DNA of 64,000 bases from Cetorhinus maximus (GCF_964194155.1 NC_135901.1:23126001-23190000), one strand, 5' to 3'; positions 48,597 to 62,560 are shown, counted from the first letter of the stretch. A program made the numbers and translations. Notes: a model not told the origin generated them from the sequence alone.

Positions 48597-49428
48597 CCAC
48601 ACTTTGGCTTCAATATCCCCACACTCTGGCTTCAATACCCCCACACTCTGGCTTCAATACCCACACACTGGCTTCAACACCCACACTTTGGCTTCAACGC
48701 CCACACACTGGCTTCAACACCCACACTCTGGCTTCAACACCCACACACTGGCTTCAACACCCACACTCTGGCTTCAACACCTCCACACACTGGCTTCAAC
48801 ACCCACACTCTGGCTTCAACACCCACACTCTGGCATCAACACCCACACTCTGGCTTCAATACCCACACTCTGGCATCAACACCCACACTCTGGCTTCAAC
48901 ACCCACACACTGGCTTCAACACCCACACTCTGGCTTCAATACCCCCACACTCTGGCATCAACACCCACACTTTGGCTTCAATATTCCCACACTCTGGCTT
49001 CAATACCCCCACACTCTGGCTTCAATACCCACACACTGGCTTCAACACCCACACTTTGGCTTCAACGCCCACACACTGGCTTCAACACCCACACTCTGGC
49101 TTCAACACCCACACACTGGCTTCAACACCCACACTCTGGCTTCAACACCTCCACACACTGGCTTCAACACCCACACTCTGGCTTCAACACCCACACTCTG
49201 GCATCAACACCCACACTCTGGCTTCAACACCCACACACTGGCTTCAACACCCACACTCTGGCTTCAATACCCCCACACTCTGGCATCAACACCCACACTC
49301 TGGCTTCAATACCCCCACACTCTGGCTTCAACACCCACACTCTGGCTTCAATACCCCCACACTCTGGCTTCAACACCCACACTCTGGCATCAACACCCAC
49401 AGTCTGGCTTCAACACCCACACACTGGC
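48597..49428. repeat. 20-bp minisatellite, ~40 copies
   Basis: Unit tggcttcaacacccacactc with 22-bp variants. Confidence 0.95.
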
Positions 49429-49948
49429 TCACATCAGTGAATTGTTCAGAGAAGACGACAGCCACCAGCTACAGAGACCAGCACTCACTCTGTGTCATCT
49501 ATTTGTCCCTAGGGACCGGTAAGCCATTCTCATCTGTCACAGATTGTGTGTTTTTTTCTGTCCATTATGCATCATTTTTAAACAGTTGCTTCTTAATAAA
49601 CCAGCTGAAAATCACGTATGAGCTCGAGCCGCTTTTTTGGGTATTCTGTGACACCTGGATCAAAAATCTTCCTGACCACTGCATGCAGTTCCAGTCACCA
49701 TATTATAAAAAAGATATTGAGGCTTGAGAGAGGGAGCAGAGAAGATTCACAATGATGATACTAGAAATGTGTAGGTTTATATATTAGGAAAGGATTGACA
49801 GACTGGGTCTCTTGAGAAATGAAGGCTCAGGGGGATTTGATAGAGGTCTTTAAAATTATGAAAGGGTTTGATGGAGAAGATACAGAGAGAATGTTTCCAC
49901 TTGTGGGGAAGAGAATGACTAGAGACCATCAACGTAAGATAGTCAGTG

Positions 49949-52900
49949 TAAGGTAGAAAGAGGGATGAGGTCCTGCAAGCAGAATTTAAGGAGCTAAGAA
50001 GCAGATTAAAAAACAAGACCTCAAAGGTAGTAATCTCTGGATTACTTCCAGTGCCACTGACTAGTGAGTATAGAAGTAGGAGGTTCGTCCAGATGAATGT
50101 GTGGCTGGAGAGATGGTGCAGGAGGGAGGGCTTTAGATTTCTGGGACATTGGGACCGTTTCTGGGAGTGGTGGGACCTGTAAAAGGCAGATGGCTTGCAC
50201 CTGGACCGGAATGGGACCAACATCCTTGCGGGGAGGTTTGCTAGTGCTGTTGGGGAGGGCTTAAACTAACTTGGCAGGGGGATGTGATCCTGAGAGGAGG
50301 TTCAGCAGGGGGAGATGCACAGCCAAAATTAGAAGAGAGAGCAAGTGAGTTTGGAAGGAGTAGAAGTTATAGGTCAGTTAAGGCACAAGGGAGTTTGGCA
50401 AGATTGGATGGTATTTATTTTAATGCAAGGGGTCTGACGAATAAGGCAGATGAATTGAGGGCACAAATTAACACTTGGAACTATGATGTCATTGCTGTCA
50501 CAGACACATAGTTGAGAGAGGGGCAGGATTGGCAGCTCAATATTCCGGGATATAGGGTCTTCAGGCAAGACAGGGAAGGAGGTAAAAGAGGAGAGGGTAA
50601 CGCAATATTGATCAAGAAATCAATTACAGCAGTAAAGAGGGATGACATCTTAGAAGGCTCCTCAAATGAAGCCATATGGGTAGAACTGAAAAACAAAAAA
50701 GGAGCAATCACATTGCTGGGAGTGTACTATCAGCCCCCAAACAGTCGGAGAGAAATAGAAGAGCAGATATATAGACAAATTCCAGAGAAGTGTAAAAATA
50801 ATAGGGTAGTAATAGTGGGGAATTTCAACTTCCCCAGCATTAACTGGGTTAGTCATAGTGTGATAGGTTTAGGAATTCTTAAAATGCATCCAGGAGAGCT
50901 TTTTAAGCTAGTACATAGAAGGTCCTTCAAGAGAGGGGGCAGTCCTGGACTTAATTTTAGGAAATGAAGCTGGGCAAGTGGTAGAGGTATCAGTGGGGGA
51001 ACATTTTTCAGATAGTGATCATAACTCCGTTAGATTCAAGGTTGTTATGGAAAAGGACAAAGACGGGCCAGAAATCAGAGTTCTAAATTGGGGGAAGGCC
51101 GATTTAAATAAGATCAGATATGATTTGGCCAGAGTGGACTGCATCAGAGCAGTGGGACTCATTCTAGGAGGAAATAGGGAGAGTACAGGGCCAACATATT
51201 CAGGTATTGACAAAGGGTGGGACCAACAAATCCAGGGAACCCTGGATGTTGAGGGACATACAGGATTGGATAAAGAGAAAAAGGGAGGCTTATGGCAGAT
51301 AACGAAGGCTCAAAACAACTGAAGCCCTAGAGGAGTACAGAATGTGTAGGGGGAAACTTAGAAAGGAAATTGGGAGAGCAAAAAGGTGGCATGGAAAGAA
51401 CATTGGCAGCGAAAATAAAGGAAATCCAAAGTTATTTTTCAAGTACATTAAACAACAAAAAGACAACTAGGGAAAGATTAAGGACCATAGTGGTAATTTG
51501 TGTGTGGAGCTGGGAGACGTAGGTAGGGCTCTAAATGAATACTTTGTGTCGGTGTTCACAAGTGAGACGGACGGCATGGGTATGGAAATCAGGCAGAAGG
51601 ACTGTGATATAATTAAAGAAATTAGCATAGAATGGGAGGAGGTTCTAAGTGGTCTGGCAGACTTAAAAGTAGATGAATCTCCAGGTCTGGATGAAATGTA
51701 TCCCAGGCTGTTGAGTGAGGCAAGGGAGGAGATAGCAGGGGCACTGGCAATAATTTTCAATACCTCTCTGGCTACAGGAGAGGTGCCAGACGATTGGAGG
51801 ACAGCCAATGTGGTACCATTATTCAAGAAGGGAGGAAGGGATAAACCAGGGAACTACAGGCCAGTCAGTCTAACCTCAGTGGTGGGGAAACTATTGGAAG
51901 CAATTCTGAGGGACAGAATTAATCTACACTTGGAGAGGCAGGGATTAATCAAAGATAGTCAGCATGGTTTTGATAAGGGGAGGTCATGTCTGACCAATTT
52001 GATAGAATTTTTTCGAAGAGGTGACCAGATGTGTGGATGAGGGCAATGTATTTGACGTAGTCTACTTGGACTTCAGCAAGGCTCTTGATAAGGTCCCGCA
52101 TGGCAGGCTGATAACGAAGGTAAGAGCCCATGGCAATTTGGCAAATTGGATCCAGAATTGGCTGCGAGGCAGGAAGCAGAGGTTGATGGTCGAGGGGTGT
52201 TTCTGTGACTGGATGCCTGTTGTCCAGTGGGGTTCCACAGGGATTAGTGTTGGGTCCCTTGCTGTGTGTGGTATATATAAACAATTTAGACTTGAATGTT
52301 GGAGGGTAAGCTCGCAAATGACATGAAAATTGGTGGGGTGGTGAATAGTGAGGAGGATAGCCTTAGATTACAGGAGGATATAGATGGGCTGGTCAGATGG
52401 GTTGATCAGTGGCAAACGGAATTTAATCCAGATAAGTGTGAAGTGATGCACTTGGGCAGGACAAACAATACGCGATGAATGGTAAGACCCTGGAGAGTAC
52501 CGAGGATCAGAGGGACCTTGGTGTGCATGTCCATGGGTCCCTTAAGATAGCCGGACAGGTAGAGAATGTGGTTAAGAAGGCATGTGGGATACTTGCCTTT
52601 ATTAGCTGAGGCATAGAATATAAGAGCAGAGATGTTCTGCTGGAACTGTATAAAATGCTGGTTACGCCACAGCTAGAGTATTGCGTGCCATTCTGGAATC
52701 TGCATTATAGGAAGGATGTGATTGCACTAGACAGAGAGTGCAGAGGAGATTTACCAGGATGTTGCCTGGGCTGGAGAGTTATTAGTTATGAGGAGAGATT
52801 GGATAGACTGGGGATATTTTTCCTGGAGCAGAGGAGATTGGGGGGGGACATGATTGAGGTGTATAAAATTATGAGGGGCAATGATAGGGTAGACAGGAAG

Positions 52901-53228
52901 GAACCTTTCCCCTTGGTGGAGGGATTAATAACCAGGGGGCATAGGTTTTTGGTAAGGGGCAGGAGGTTTACAGGGGATGTGAGGAAGAACTTTTTCACCC
53001 AGAGGGTGTTGGGAACTTGGAACTCACTGCCTGAAAGTGTGGCAGAGGCAGAAACCCTCGTAACATTTAAGAAGTATTTGGACATGCGCTTGCAATGCCA
53101 TGGCATACAGGGCTATGGGCCTAGTGCTGGAAAATGGGATTAGAATAGTTCGGTACTTGTTTGACCAGCATAGACTTGATGGGCCTAAGGGCCTTTTTCT
53201 GTACTGTAGACCTCTATGACGCTATGAG
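49949..53228 (+). mobile_element. Long CR1 (HER1-like) LINE: ORF1 esterase end, ORF2 endonuclease and RT, degraded
   Basis: ORF1 VVISGLLPVP..WLERWC..GF.F.GHW..DGLHL; EN YFNARGL.NK.DEL, GVYY.PP, SDHN; RT GNYRPVSLTS, YLDFSKA; inserted in an older CR1 (49678-49948/53229-53340). Confidence 0.92.
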
Positions 53229-53754
53229 TTACCAAGAAATCCAACAGGGAATTCAGAAGAAACATCTTCACCCAGAGAGTGGTGAGAATATGGAACTCAC
53301 TACCACAGGGAATGGGTAAAGTGTATAGTACAGATGTCTTTCAGACAAGCATTTGAGATTTCTACGGCTCACTCAGGATTTTCTTTGAAAAGACTTGAAC
53401 CAATAAGGAAACAGGAGATATTTTGATGGGTTTGAGAGTGTGTGTATGGTGTCTGTGAGTGTGATTGCTGCTTTTCATTAGCTGCAATGCACCTTCCTCT
53501 ATCTGAGCAGATGATGTTGTGCAGCTTAGAATCCCATCAAGTGATTTGAATGTTGGTTAATTTATTGAAACCATGGACTTTCCCCGTTCTGAGGATGGCA
53601 TTGACGTTGGAGTGATATCCAAAGTTAACAAATTTATTGCAGAAACACCTTCAACTGGGAATCAGTGAATTAAGTGGAAAGATCACAGACAAGCGGTTCA
53701 GAACAGTGCACTGCGGGCGCAACAGCTCAATCACTAAACTGTAAATTCCTGAAA

Positions 53755-54420
53755 TAATCCCTGCTGTCTGCCCTGAATTAATCCATTTCTCTGACAAATG
53801 TTGAAATGTTTACTCCGCACCCACAGGGTTTCATCTGTTTAAAGCCACAAACAGAAAGGTCCAGTTTTCTCCTGGAGTTTGAGACAAATCAGCTTTGAAA
53901 ATGATGCAGAGTTTCAGCCAATGAGGGAGATCCGGGCTCAGCCCCGCCCCTCGTTCACACTGGTTGGAGGACCATCCGCTGCTGCTGGGTCCTCCAACTC
54001 CGCCCCCTCGTCTTATTGGTCCGGAGCTGCCGTCAATCAGCCAGGCGTTGTGATCTGGAGCATGCGCAGTACACATATGAACGGGTCATGTGGAAGCCCG
54101 TGAGAAACTGCGGGAGGGATGGAGCTGGAGGGAAAGTGTAGGCCCCAAACCCGCCCTCCCCACAGTAACAAACAGAGGCAGTCGTGTCAAATGTAAAGCG
54201 GGTGAGAAACAGCCGAGTGCGGAATAGTAATGGAGCCGGTGGGTTTGTGCCAACCCTTCACACACCCCAGATGGAGGCCTCAAATCCCAGATAAGAAGCT
54301 CCCGCTCTCGTGGTTGTAACGAAAAATAGCGATTGTTCCTCGGTCACAGGCCCGAATTAACGGCCGCCATCTTAATAAGGTCAATATTCAGCAGGCGCAT
54401 GTGCGGTCATCCCTGTCCCT
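53755..54420 (+). promoter_or_regulatory. CpG-island promoter of ZNF unit G
   Basis: Close paralog of 41150-41475; CCAAT, GC box, NRF1-like; YY1 gccgccatctt at ~54363. Confidence 0.72.
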
Positions 54421-54779
54421 GTCAACAGGAGAGAATGTTGTGAATTTCTATTCTGGACTGACTGGGATGGGATTTGGAAACTCCTTTCACTCCTTTTTAG
54501 AAGGGGAGGATTTACACAGCAAACTCAAACCAAAAATGATCTCTTTTGATATAGGTTTTTAAAATTCTGAATGGGGTGGCCTATCCAATACTGGGAGCCT
54601 TCTTCAGTTCTCTGCCCAAAGGCAGCTCTGACTGACAGCCTCACAATCTCCACCACCGGTAGGGGAAGGAGGCAGGTCCAGAATCCACCCCAGCCGGAGT
54701 TGGGATTTAATCCTGTGCTGTTGGCACCAACATGATCCACAACGGTCATCCAGCCGCATGTAATCCATGTTGTTGTGGC

Positions 54780-55030
54780 AACAGACATTTCTACATGCAT
54801 GTTGTAACCTGGAGCTATGGATAGTGATGGGATAGGTTCCAATTTCTTTCCATCTCATGCAGCTGACCAGAAATCTCTCCCATTGTTATTGTCTGCCGTT
54901 GGTATATGTTGGCAAGACTTACAGGTTGACACTCAATCTGTTTGGCTGAATAATAAACGCACCACCCTTGGCCATCAAGTCCTTGGGTGGGACTTAAACC
55001 TGGAGCTTCAGGCTCAGAGGCAGGGACACT
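54780..55030 (-). mobile_element. tRNA-headed SINE-like element
   Basis: ggaggttgtggtgcagtgg..tgcctctgagcc..ccaggtttaagtccc A/B-box-like head. Confidence 0.55.
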
Positions 55031-55360
55031 TCCACTGCACCACAACCTCCCGAAAACACAATAGAGACTAATAAATCCAACAGGGAAATAGGAGATCTTT
55101 CTTTCCTCAGGCAGTAGTTAAAATGTGGAACTCACTACTACTGGAAGTGGTTGACACAAATAACTTAAGGTGCTTTCAAAAGGAAACGATGAGAATATGA
55201 GATAAAAGGGATTTAAAAGATAAGCTGAAAGGCTGAGATGAGGTTGGCAGAACAGCAGGAGACTTGTGTGGATTGGAAACTCTTGCAGCGACCGGATGGG
55301 CCAAATGGCCCGTTTGTTTAATGTATATTATGTGTAATTCATTGTGAACTTATCTTACAG

Positions 55361-56807
55361 GGTATTAGAAGAGGAGGATTTGCAGTCAGGAAAAACAAAC
55401 CAAACCTCATGTCAAAATCTGAAAGTCACTCAATTCATCGGGATCTGAAGATTTGTACATCTGAAGGGATTTAATTGACCATCTCAGCTGGAAACTGGTG
55501 ACAGGCCGTTCACCACCTCCTGTGTGAAGGGATTGATACAGCTGGTAAACATGCTGACACGACAGTGAGCTCGCAATAGTGAGAGCCCGTCCACCTGCTC
55601 CTGTGTGGGAAGAAATTCATGTGTTCATCTAACCTGCTGGCACACCAGCTCGATCATGATCATGAGGATCCTCTTCAATGCTCTGACTCTGAGAAAAGCT
55701 TTGAAACCTCTGAGGAACTGGTCCAACACCAGCTCCTTCACATACACAAGAAGGCCGTTCAGCTGCTCTCACTGTGGGGAGTCGTTCAGCAAGTCAGTGC
55801 ATCTCACTGAGCACCAGCGAGTTCACACCAAGGACAGGCCGTTCAGCTGCTCCTAGTGTGGGAAGAGATTCACTCAGTCCTCCCATTACACTGAGCACCA
55901 ATTGGTTCACTCAGAAAAGAGACCTTTTAAATGTACTGAATGTGAGAAGACCTTTAAAAGAAGCATTAATCTGCTGAGACACCAGTGCATTCACATTGGG
56001 GAGAGGCCGTTCCCCTGCTCGGTATGTGGGAAGAGATTCACTCATTCATTCCACCTTATGATACATAAGTGAGTTCACACTGGAGAGAGACTATTCACCT
56101 GCTCCCTGTGTGGGAAGGAATACAGTCAGTCATCTGATCTTATGATACACAAGCGATTTCACATTGGGGAGAGACCATTCAGCTGCTCCGAGTGTGGGAA
56201 GGGATTCACTCGTTCAACCCATCTTTCAATGCACAAGCGAATTCACACTGGGGAGAGACCATTCCCTTGCTCTGTGTGTGGGAAGAGATTCACTCAGTCA
56301 TCCACCCTGCTAATACACAAGAGAGTTCATACCGGGGAGAGACCATTCATCGGCTTCGTGTGCGGGAAGAGCTTCCCTCGTTTATCCCACGTTTTGATAC
56401 ACGAACGCGTTCACACCGGGGAGAGGCCGTACATTTGCCCCGTGTGCGGGAGGGGATTTACTTGTTTACACCACCTGCTGAGACATCAGCCTGTTCACAC
56501 CGGGGAGAGGGCGTTCATGTGCTCTGTGTGTGGGAAATGTTTCACTGAGTTGTCCAGCCTCCAGAGACACCAACGCATCCACACTGGGGAGAGGCCGTTC
56601 ACCTGCTCCGTGTGTGGGAAGAAATTTGCTCAGTCATTTGATCTGGTGAGACACGAGCAAGTTCACACCAGGAAGAGGCTGCTCACCTGCTCCGTGTGTG
56701 AGAAGAGATTTACTTGCTCATCCAGCCTGCTGAAACACCAGCAGCTTCACATGCCACCGACAAAGTTGGATTGTGTTGTTGCTGCTGTGGATCATGTCCA
56801 GGACTGA
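55361..56807 (+). pseudogene. C2H2 zinc-finger gene G (5' fingers decayed; residual ORF 56142-56807 with 6 intact fingers)
   Basis: Stops at ~55854 and ~56070 in upstream fingers; ORF runs into the family 3'UTR motif. Confidence 0.75.
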
Positions 56808-58580
56808 ACCTTTTCTCCTTTCTAACTTCAGATTATTTCAATTCTCAGACCTTCTGTTACTCTCAAGGACAATTTCCAGTTCCCCATACCTTCCAGAGTA
56901 TTTTCTCTAGCCTTGGGATCCAGGGAATGTATCGGTAACACACGTGGGATCACTAAACACAAAACCCAATCTATTAATTACTTTCAGGGACTGGAGTTAG
57001 TGTGTGTCCCACAGCACCTCTCTCACCTTTGAACATCACACCTGTAAAGGAGGTTTAAATTTAAATCCTCATAAACTTAACAGGAACCAGCAGGCTGATG
57101 AGACTCTTTTAAACTGTTAGTGTGCTCCTGTACTGCTCTGTATTTTGCCTGTAATGGAAAATGCCTGAATCCTTTGTCCCAGTGGAACCTTTGCTGTTAT
57201 GAAATGTGGGAGAATATTAATGAGTCTCTCATCCTTGCCCATGTCTGCTGCAATTGTGTAGAAAGGGGATGTGTAAAAGAGCTGGTCTTCATATGGAGAT
57301 GTGAACCAAGGAAATGGTATCTGTGTGTGATAGTAACACAGGCTTGTGCTCACACCCAGAACAATGCACAGATATCCTTGTGGTTATGGTTTGAGCAGGG
57401 TCAGATCACGGATGTAGTGAACAAGTTAATTATAAATATCTCCAGTGTAGCTGCAGCTTTTTAGATCAGAGCTGGGGAGAAGAGAGCTCTGAATCCACTG
57501 TATTATCTGTTCTCTGGATTGGGTAACTACATTTTTTCAATATAACGGTGTTTTATTCAAGAAATACATTCACAGCTGAAAGACTGAATTGTAACTTACA
57601 GCAAGAAAATTCATAAAATTTAATGTAGAGATATAAAATCTAGTTAAAAACATGGGGAATATGTGACAATCTGTCATAACAAAATTCGGCAAACAAATGC
57701 AGCAGGTAACAGGGAAGCGGTGGACGAGATATTAGAGGAAGGAATATTGAATTAAAATTATATTAAAATTACAGACCAATCCACCATTCCTATATTACAG
57801 GCTCTGAAATATATAAATGATGACATTTATAAGTACTTCATTGAGGATTGGAACCATGGAAGGAATTACTCTGTATGATTGCAGTGCTGTTAATAAAGTC
57901 AGGAAAAGACAATCTGATGTTGTGAGCTTGATTATCTGGTGTCTGAAACCACAAGATTCAATATTTAGAGTCAACAAGATGAACAAGGAAACACATCACA
58001 GCCCAATACTCCAGCTCAATATTCACAGGAGAAAGTCTGTTATCGAACACCTCGAGTGGTCAGAACAGAGGAAGATCCCAACTGTAAGAAACCCTCCAAT
58101 CATTTGTAAATATCTTTCAAATGTCAACAGGTTCCAACTGTCAGTTTCCATTACATTGAAGTCAATGGAAGGTGAGAGCGGTTGAAGGTTCCATATTGAA
58201 ATGCAACTTCTTGTTATTGCCTAACATTGGTAGACGCAAGAATATCACACAAACATTTTAAATCCTCGTACCATAATTATCATAGTCATTTTCAGATTGG
58301 AAACTTAAACCTGCTGTTTCACTCTCAATCAGGAACATATCACAGTTTTACACCAATCCCTGATTTGACAGCACGTGTCCAGCATTCACCTTTGTTCTTC
58401 CTGACTCTAAACCCAGTTGTAAAGGAACTTTCTGTTCTGTGTCTAGGAGTTCTGAACCATGGAAGAGAGCGGCTGTGACACATTTCTTCCACACCTCAGG
58501 ATTAACCCATAAGTTCAGTCCTGGATGTGATTAACAGCAGCAATAAGGACACAACACAAACCCAGTCATCACTAGTGGAC

Positions 58581-59410
58581 TTACTGAAGTCTCAGAAGGT
58601 GGGATGAATCAATGATTCCTTTCCCACACATGGAGCAGGTGAATGGCCTCTCTCCAGTGTGAGTGCGTTGGTGTCTCAGCAGATCACTGCTGTTTTTAAA
58701 GCTCTCCTCACAGTCAGAACATTTAAAAGTTCTCATATCAGAGTGAACTCGCTGGTGTCTCAGGAGGTTTGATGAATGAGTGAATCCCTTCCCACACACA
58801 CAGCAGATGAACGGCCTTTCCCCAGTGTGAACCCGCTGATGTATTGTGAGATCAGATGATGTCTTGAACCCAGTCCCACATTGACAGCATCTGAACGGGC
58901 TCTCGTCAGTGTGAACACATTGATGGCGCATCAGTTCCCTGGAACTTTTATAGCAGTTTTTGCAATCTGGGCATTTAAAAGGTCTCTCATCAGAGTGAAC
59001 TCGCTGGTGTTTCAGCAGAGTGGATAAATCGGCAAATCCCTTCCCACACTTGCGGCAGGTGAACGGCCTCTCCCGGTGTGAACTCGCTGGTGTGTCAGTA
59101 GGTTGGAAGAACTGGTGAATCCCTTCCCACACTCGGAGCAGGTGAAGGGCCTCTCCCCAGTGTGAATCCGCTGGTGTTTCAGCAGGGTGGGTGACCTAGT
59201 AAATCCCTTCCCACATTCAGGGCAAGTGAACGGTCTCTCCCCAGTGTGATTTCTCTGGTGTGTACGTAGACTGGATAACTGAGTAAATCCCTTCCCACAC
59301 TCGGAACACATGAACGGCCTCTCCCCAGTGTGAATGCGTTGATGAATTTCCAGGTCAGATGGGTAATTGAATCCCTTCCCACAGTCCCCACATTTACACG
59401 GTTTCTCCAT
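58581..59410 (-). pseudogene. C2H2 zinc-finger gene H (9 intact fingers, one 1-bp frameshift)
   Basis: [10 protein letters not shown]; frameshift at ~59073 in the linker G-run; tenth finger ends LRLQ*. Confidence 0.75.
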
Positions 59411-60199
59411 GACATGGGGGTCCTTGTGTCTCTCCAGGCTGGATGATCAGTTGAAGTCTCGTTCACACAGAAGATGTGTATGGTTTCTCCCCACCGTGAA
59501 TGGTGTGCTGTTTTTTCAGGCTGTGTAACTGGTTAAAGCTCTTTCCATAGTCAGTTCACTGGAACGCTCTCACTTGGATGTGTGTGTCTTGGTGATTTTC
59601 CAGTCACACTGATGTTTGAAATCTTTTCCCTCAAACAGAACAGACAAACATTTCTCTTTTCACATTAAAAGGCTGATGATATTCAGGTCCTGATGAATCG
59701 AAAGACTCAGATCTTGAAATGATGTTTGGTTTGAGTTTCCTGTTTGCCAATCCTCACCTAACAATACCCTATAAAAAGAGTTCACAAAAGTCATCATGTC
59801 AGTCCAGGATAGAAATTCAGAACATAATTCAAGTTTCTGTGTAACATGTTTTCCCTCAAAGCTGTAAAACCCCATCCCACACCCCGTCTTCCCTGTGCAG
59901 ATTCCAGTTAAGTTTTTGTCCTCCATTCCCAGTTTTCTCCCTCCCTCTCCTCTGGCTGGGTCCAGTTCTCCAGCTCTTGTGTGCAAACTGAGAATAAAAT
60001 CAATTAATCAATCATTTTCTCTCCTGGTCACTGGGACCCTGAAGCCCTGATTACCCAATGTCCCCTCACCAAGATGGCCAGGGATGCACCCGGCTGGCTG
60101 AACAAGTCCTGCCCTCCTCTCTCAAATGGCAACCGGTAGTCTGAGTAACCTGGGCATATCACCAGGAAGGGAGCCCCACATCCCATGTCTGCCGATTTC

Positions 60200-62155
60200 T
60201 TAGGCAGTCGATCTGGATCAAGGATGACTTGTCTCCACTCTGGTTTGATGGGTTCTGAAATGGCTTATAAGTCCAATGCCTGATCTGCAGACACTGCTAC
60301 ATGCAGGACAGGTAGTGCCTAAAGGGTTGGGTAGATGGGTGGTTTGGAGGTTTGTGCACTCTCTCAATTGCCTCAACTTCACCTCTGTGTGTTCCCGACC
60401 AAGTTTCTCAATGTATTTGATACCTTCCCAAATGAGCCTTCTCCATTTTAACCAGTCACAATCCAGGGTCTCCCATGAGTTGGTGGGGACATCTGATCTC
60501 TTCAAGGGTGTGTTAAGGAGATTACTAAAGTGTTTCTGCTGACCTCCTGAGAGTCTCCTGCTGTGACCTGAGTTCCGAGTACAGCAGTTGCTTTGGGTGT
60601 CTGGTGTCAGGAATACGAACAACATGTCCTGCCCAGCAAAGCTGCTTTAGAGTGATTAGCGCCTCAGTGATGGGCAAGTTGGCTTGGAAGAGGACGCTGC
60701 TGTTGGACTGCCTTTCTTGCCACTGGATTTTGAGGATCTTGTGAAGGCACCGCTGGTGGGACTTCTCCAGTGTTCTAAGGTGCGTGATGTAGGTTGTCCA
60801 AGTCTCTGAAGCCTGTAGGAGCACGGGGATCACTGCTGCCCAGTAAACCAGAACCTGAGTCTCGGGTTTGACATCCTGGTCCTCAAATACTCTGTTCATC
60901 ATTCGGCTGAAGGCTGAGCTGGAACATTAGAGGCGATGAGGAATTTTGTCGTCCATGTCTGCCTTCATCAAGAGGAGGCTCCCAAGATACAGAAAATGGT
61001 CCATATTTTGAGGGTTCACCAATGTTCTTCAGCGACGGAGGGGGGAGTGGGGTGGGGGTGCTGGTAGGTAGTAAAACCAACAAGATAATGTGGGGAGATC
61101 CAACAACTTGTGGACACCAACATGCGTGGTTTCCTCAGCGCTATTAAGACAACCTATGACCCAAGCACTCAAGGGCCAACCACCGCGAGAGCCAAGCATG
61201 GAAGGAACTCATCAAGGACAGAGAGTCAACCAGTGCTCACTGGAGAGAATATTCTGAAGAGCTCCTCAACCAAGACACTGCCTTCGACTTGAATGTCCTC
61301 AACTCCACTCCTCAATAACCCGTCTGGCTCAGCCTCAGTGCTGTCACGTCCAGCACGAAAATGAAAAAACATTTGACAGCTGAAAACAACAAGACTTCTA
61401 GAGCAGATGGAATCCCTGCTGAAATTCTGAAACAGGGTGGTGTTACACTCCTGGCATGGCTGCACAACCTCATATCCCTCATCAGCGAAGAGGAGTCCAT
61501 GTCGGGGAATCTCTGGGACACTGCGATTGTGACTATATTCAGGAAGGGAGATAAATCCATTTGCAGTAATTACAGAAGAGTCTCCATGCTGCCTGCCACA
61601 GGGAAGATCATTGCAAGGATCCACCTCAATCACCTTCTCTTAATGGCCAAAGAGCCCCTTCCAGGTTCACAATGTGGTTTCCCCCATCGAAAGGCACCAC
61701 AAACATGATCGTTACTGTGTGGCAAACCTAAGAAAATTGCAAGGAACAGCGCCAACTGCTGTACTTGACCTTTTTTGTCCTCACAAAAGCCTTTTACACA
61801 GTCAAACTGTGACGTTTTATCCCGTATCCTCCTCAAATTTGCCACCAACTTCTGCCTACTCCACATTGACATGAAAGCCGTGAACCTCATCAACGGAACC
61901 ACCACAGACCCTATCTCAGTGAAGACTGGGATCAGACAAGGCTGTGTCATTGCACCAACCCTCTTCTCCATTTTTCTCTCTGCATTTCACCTTGAGCAAA
62001 TTACCCGTGGGCTTGGAGATAATCTACAGAGCAGACGTGAAACCTACACCACCTTCAAAACAAAACCAGAGTTAGTCCAAGCTCAGACATTGAGCTCCAG
62101 TATGCCGATACCGGATTTCTATGTTAAATCCATCCAAATACGTTGATTCCATGAC
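60200..62155. mobile_element. RTE LINE with inverted 5' segment
   Basis: Minus 60200-61080: C-terminus (SETWT, WAGHVVRI, CxxC..IGL.SH.RTH); plus 61085-62155: DGIPAE, NYR.VS.L, GIRQGCVIAPTLF, ELQYAD. Confidence 0.85.
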
Positions 62156-62412
62156 CGTTAATACTCTCTTGCCTCACAAACGTCTGGCAATCTGGGTTAT
62201 TTATTTTCAATTATCTGAATCTCAACTGAATTCCAAATTTCCACTATATTTTCTGTGAAGTGATTTCTGACATTGTTCCTGAACAGCCGAGTCTCAGTTA
62301 AACAAATAAATATCACTGATTTGTGCATTTAAATGGTAACAATTATTTTACGCTTAATTAGTTACGCAACAAAATTTTAAAAAACATAATAATTTTAGTA
62401 AAATAGTGTGAA

Positions 62413-62560
62413 TGCTGGAATTCTGAAATAAAAACAGAAAGTTCTGGAAATCCTCAGCAGGTTTGGCAGCTTCTGTGAAGAGAGAGAAACAGATTTAACA
62501 TTTCCAATCCAATATGATTCTTCTTCAGAACTGAGTATTTCCAGCATTCTGATTTCATTT
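62413..62560. mobile_element. Penelope-like terminus with inversion
   Basis: Minus-strand terminus ending at cagttCTGAAGA, joined to plus ctgagtatttccagcatt. Confidence 0.6.

Noticed and set aside
48592-49727. Long His/Thr/Pro-rich ORFs (282 and 251 aa)
   Set aside because: Translations of a stop-free 20-bp minisatellite
53500-53595. Box C/D snoRNA-like ATGATG...CTGA
   Set aside because: Imperfect box C, no terminal stem and no recognisable guide sequence
57500-58500. ORFs of 63-122 aa between ZNF-G and ZNF-H
   Set aside because: No recognisable domain or exon structure
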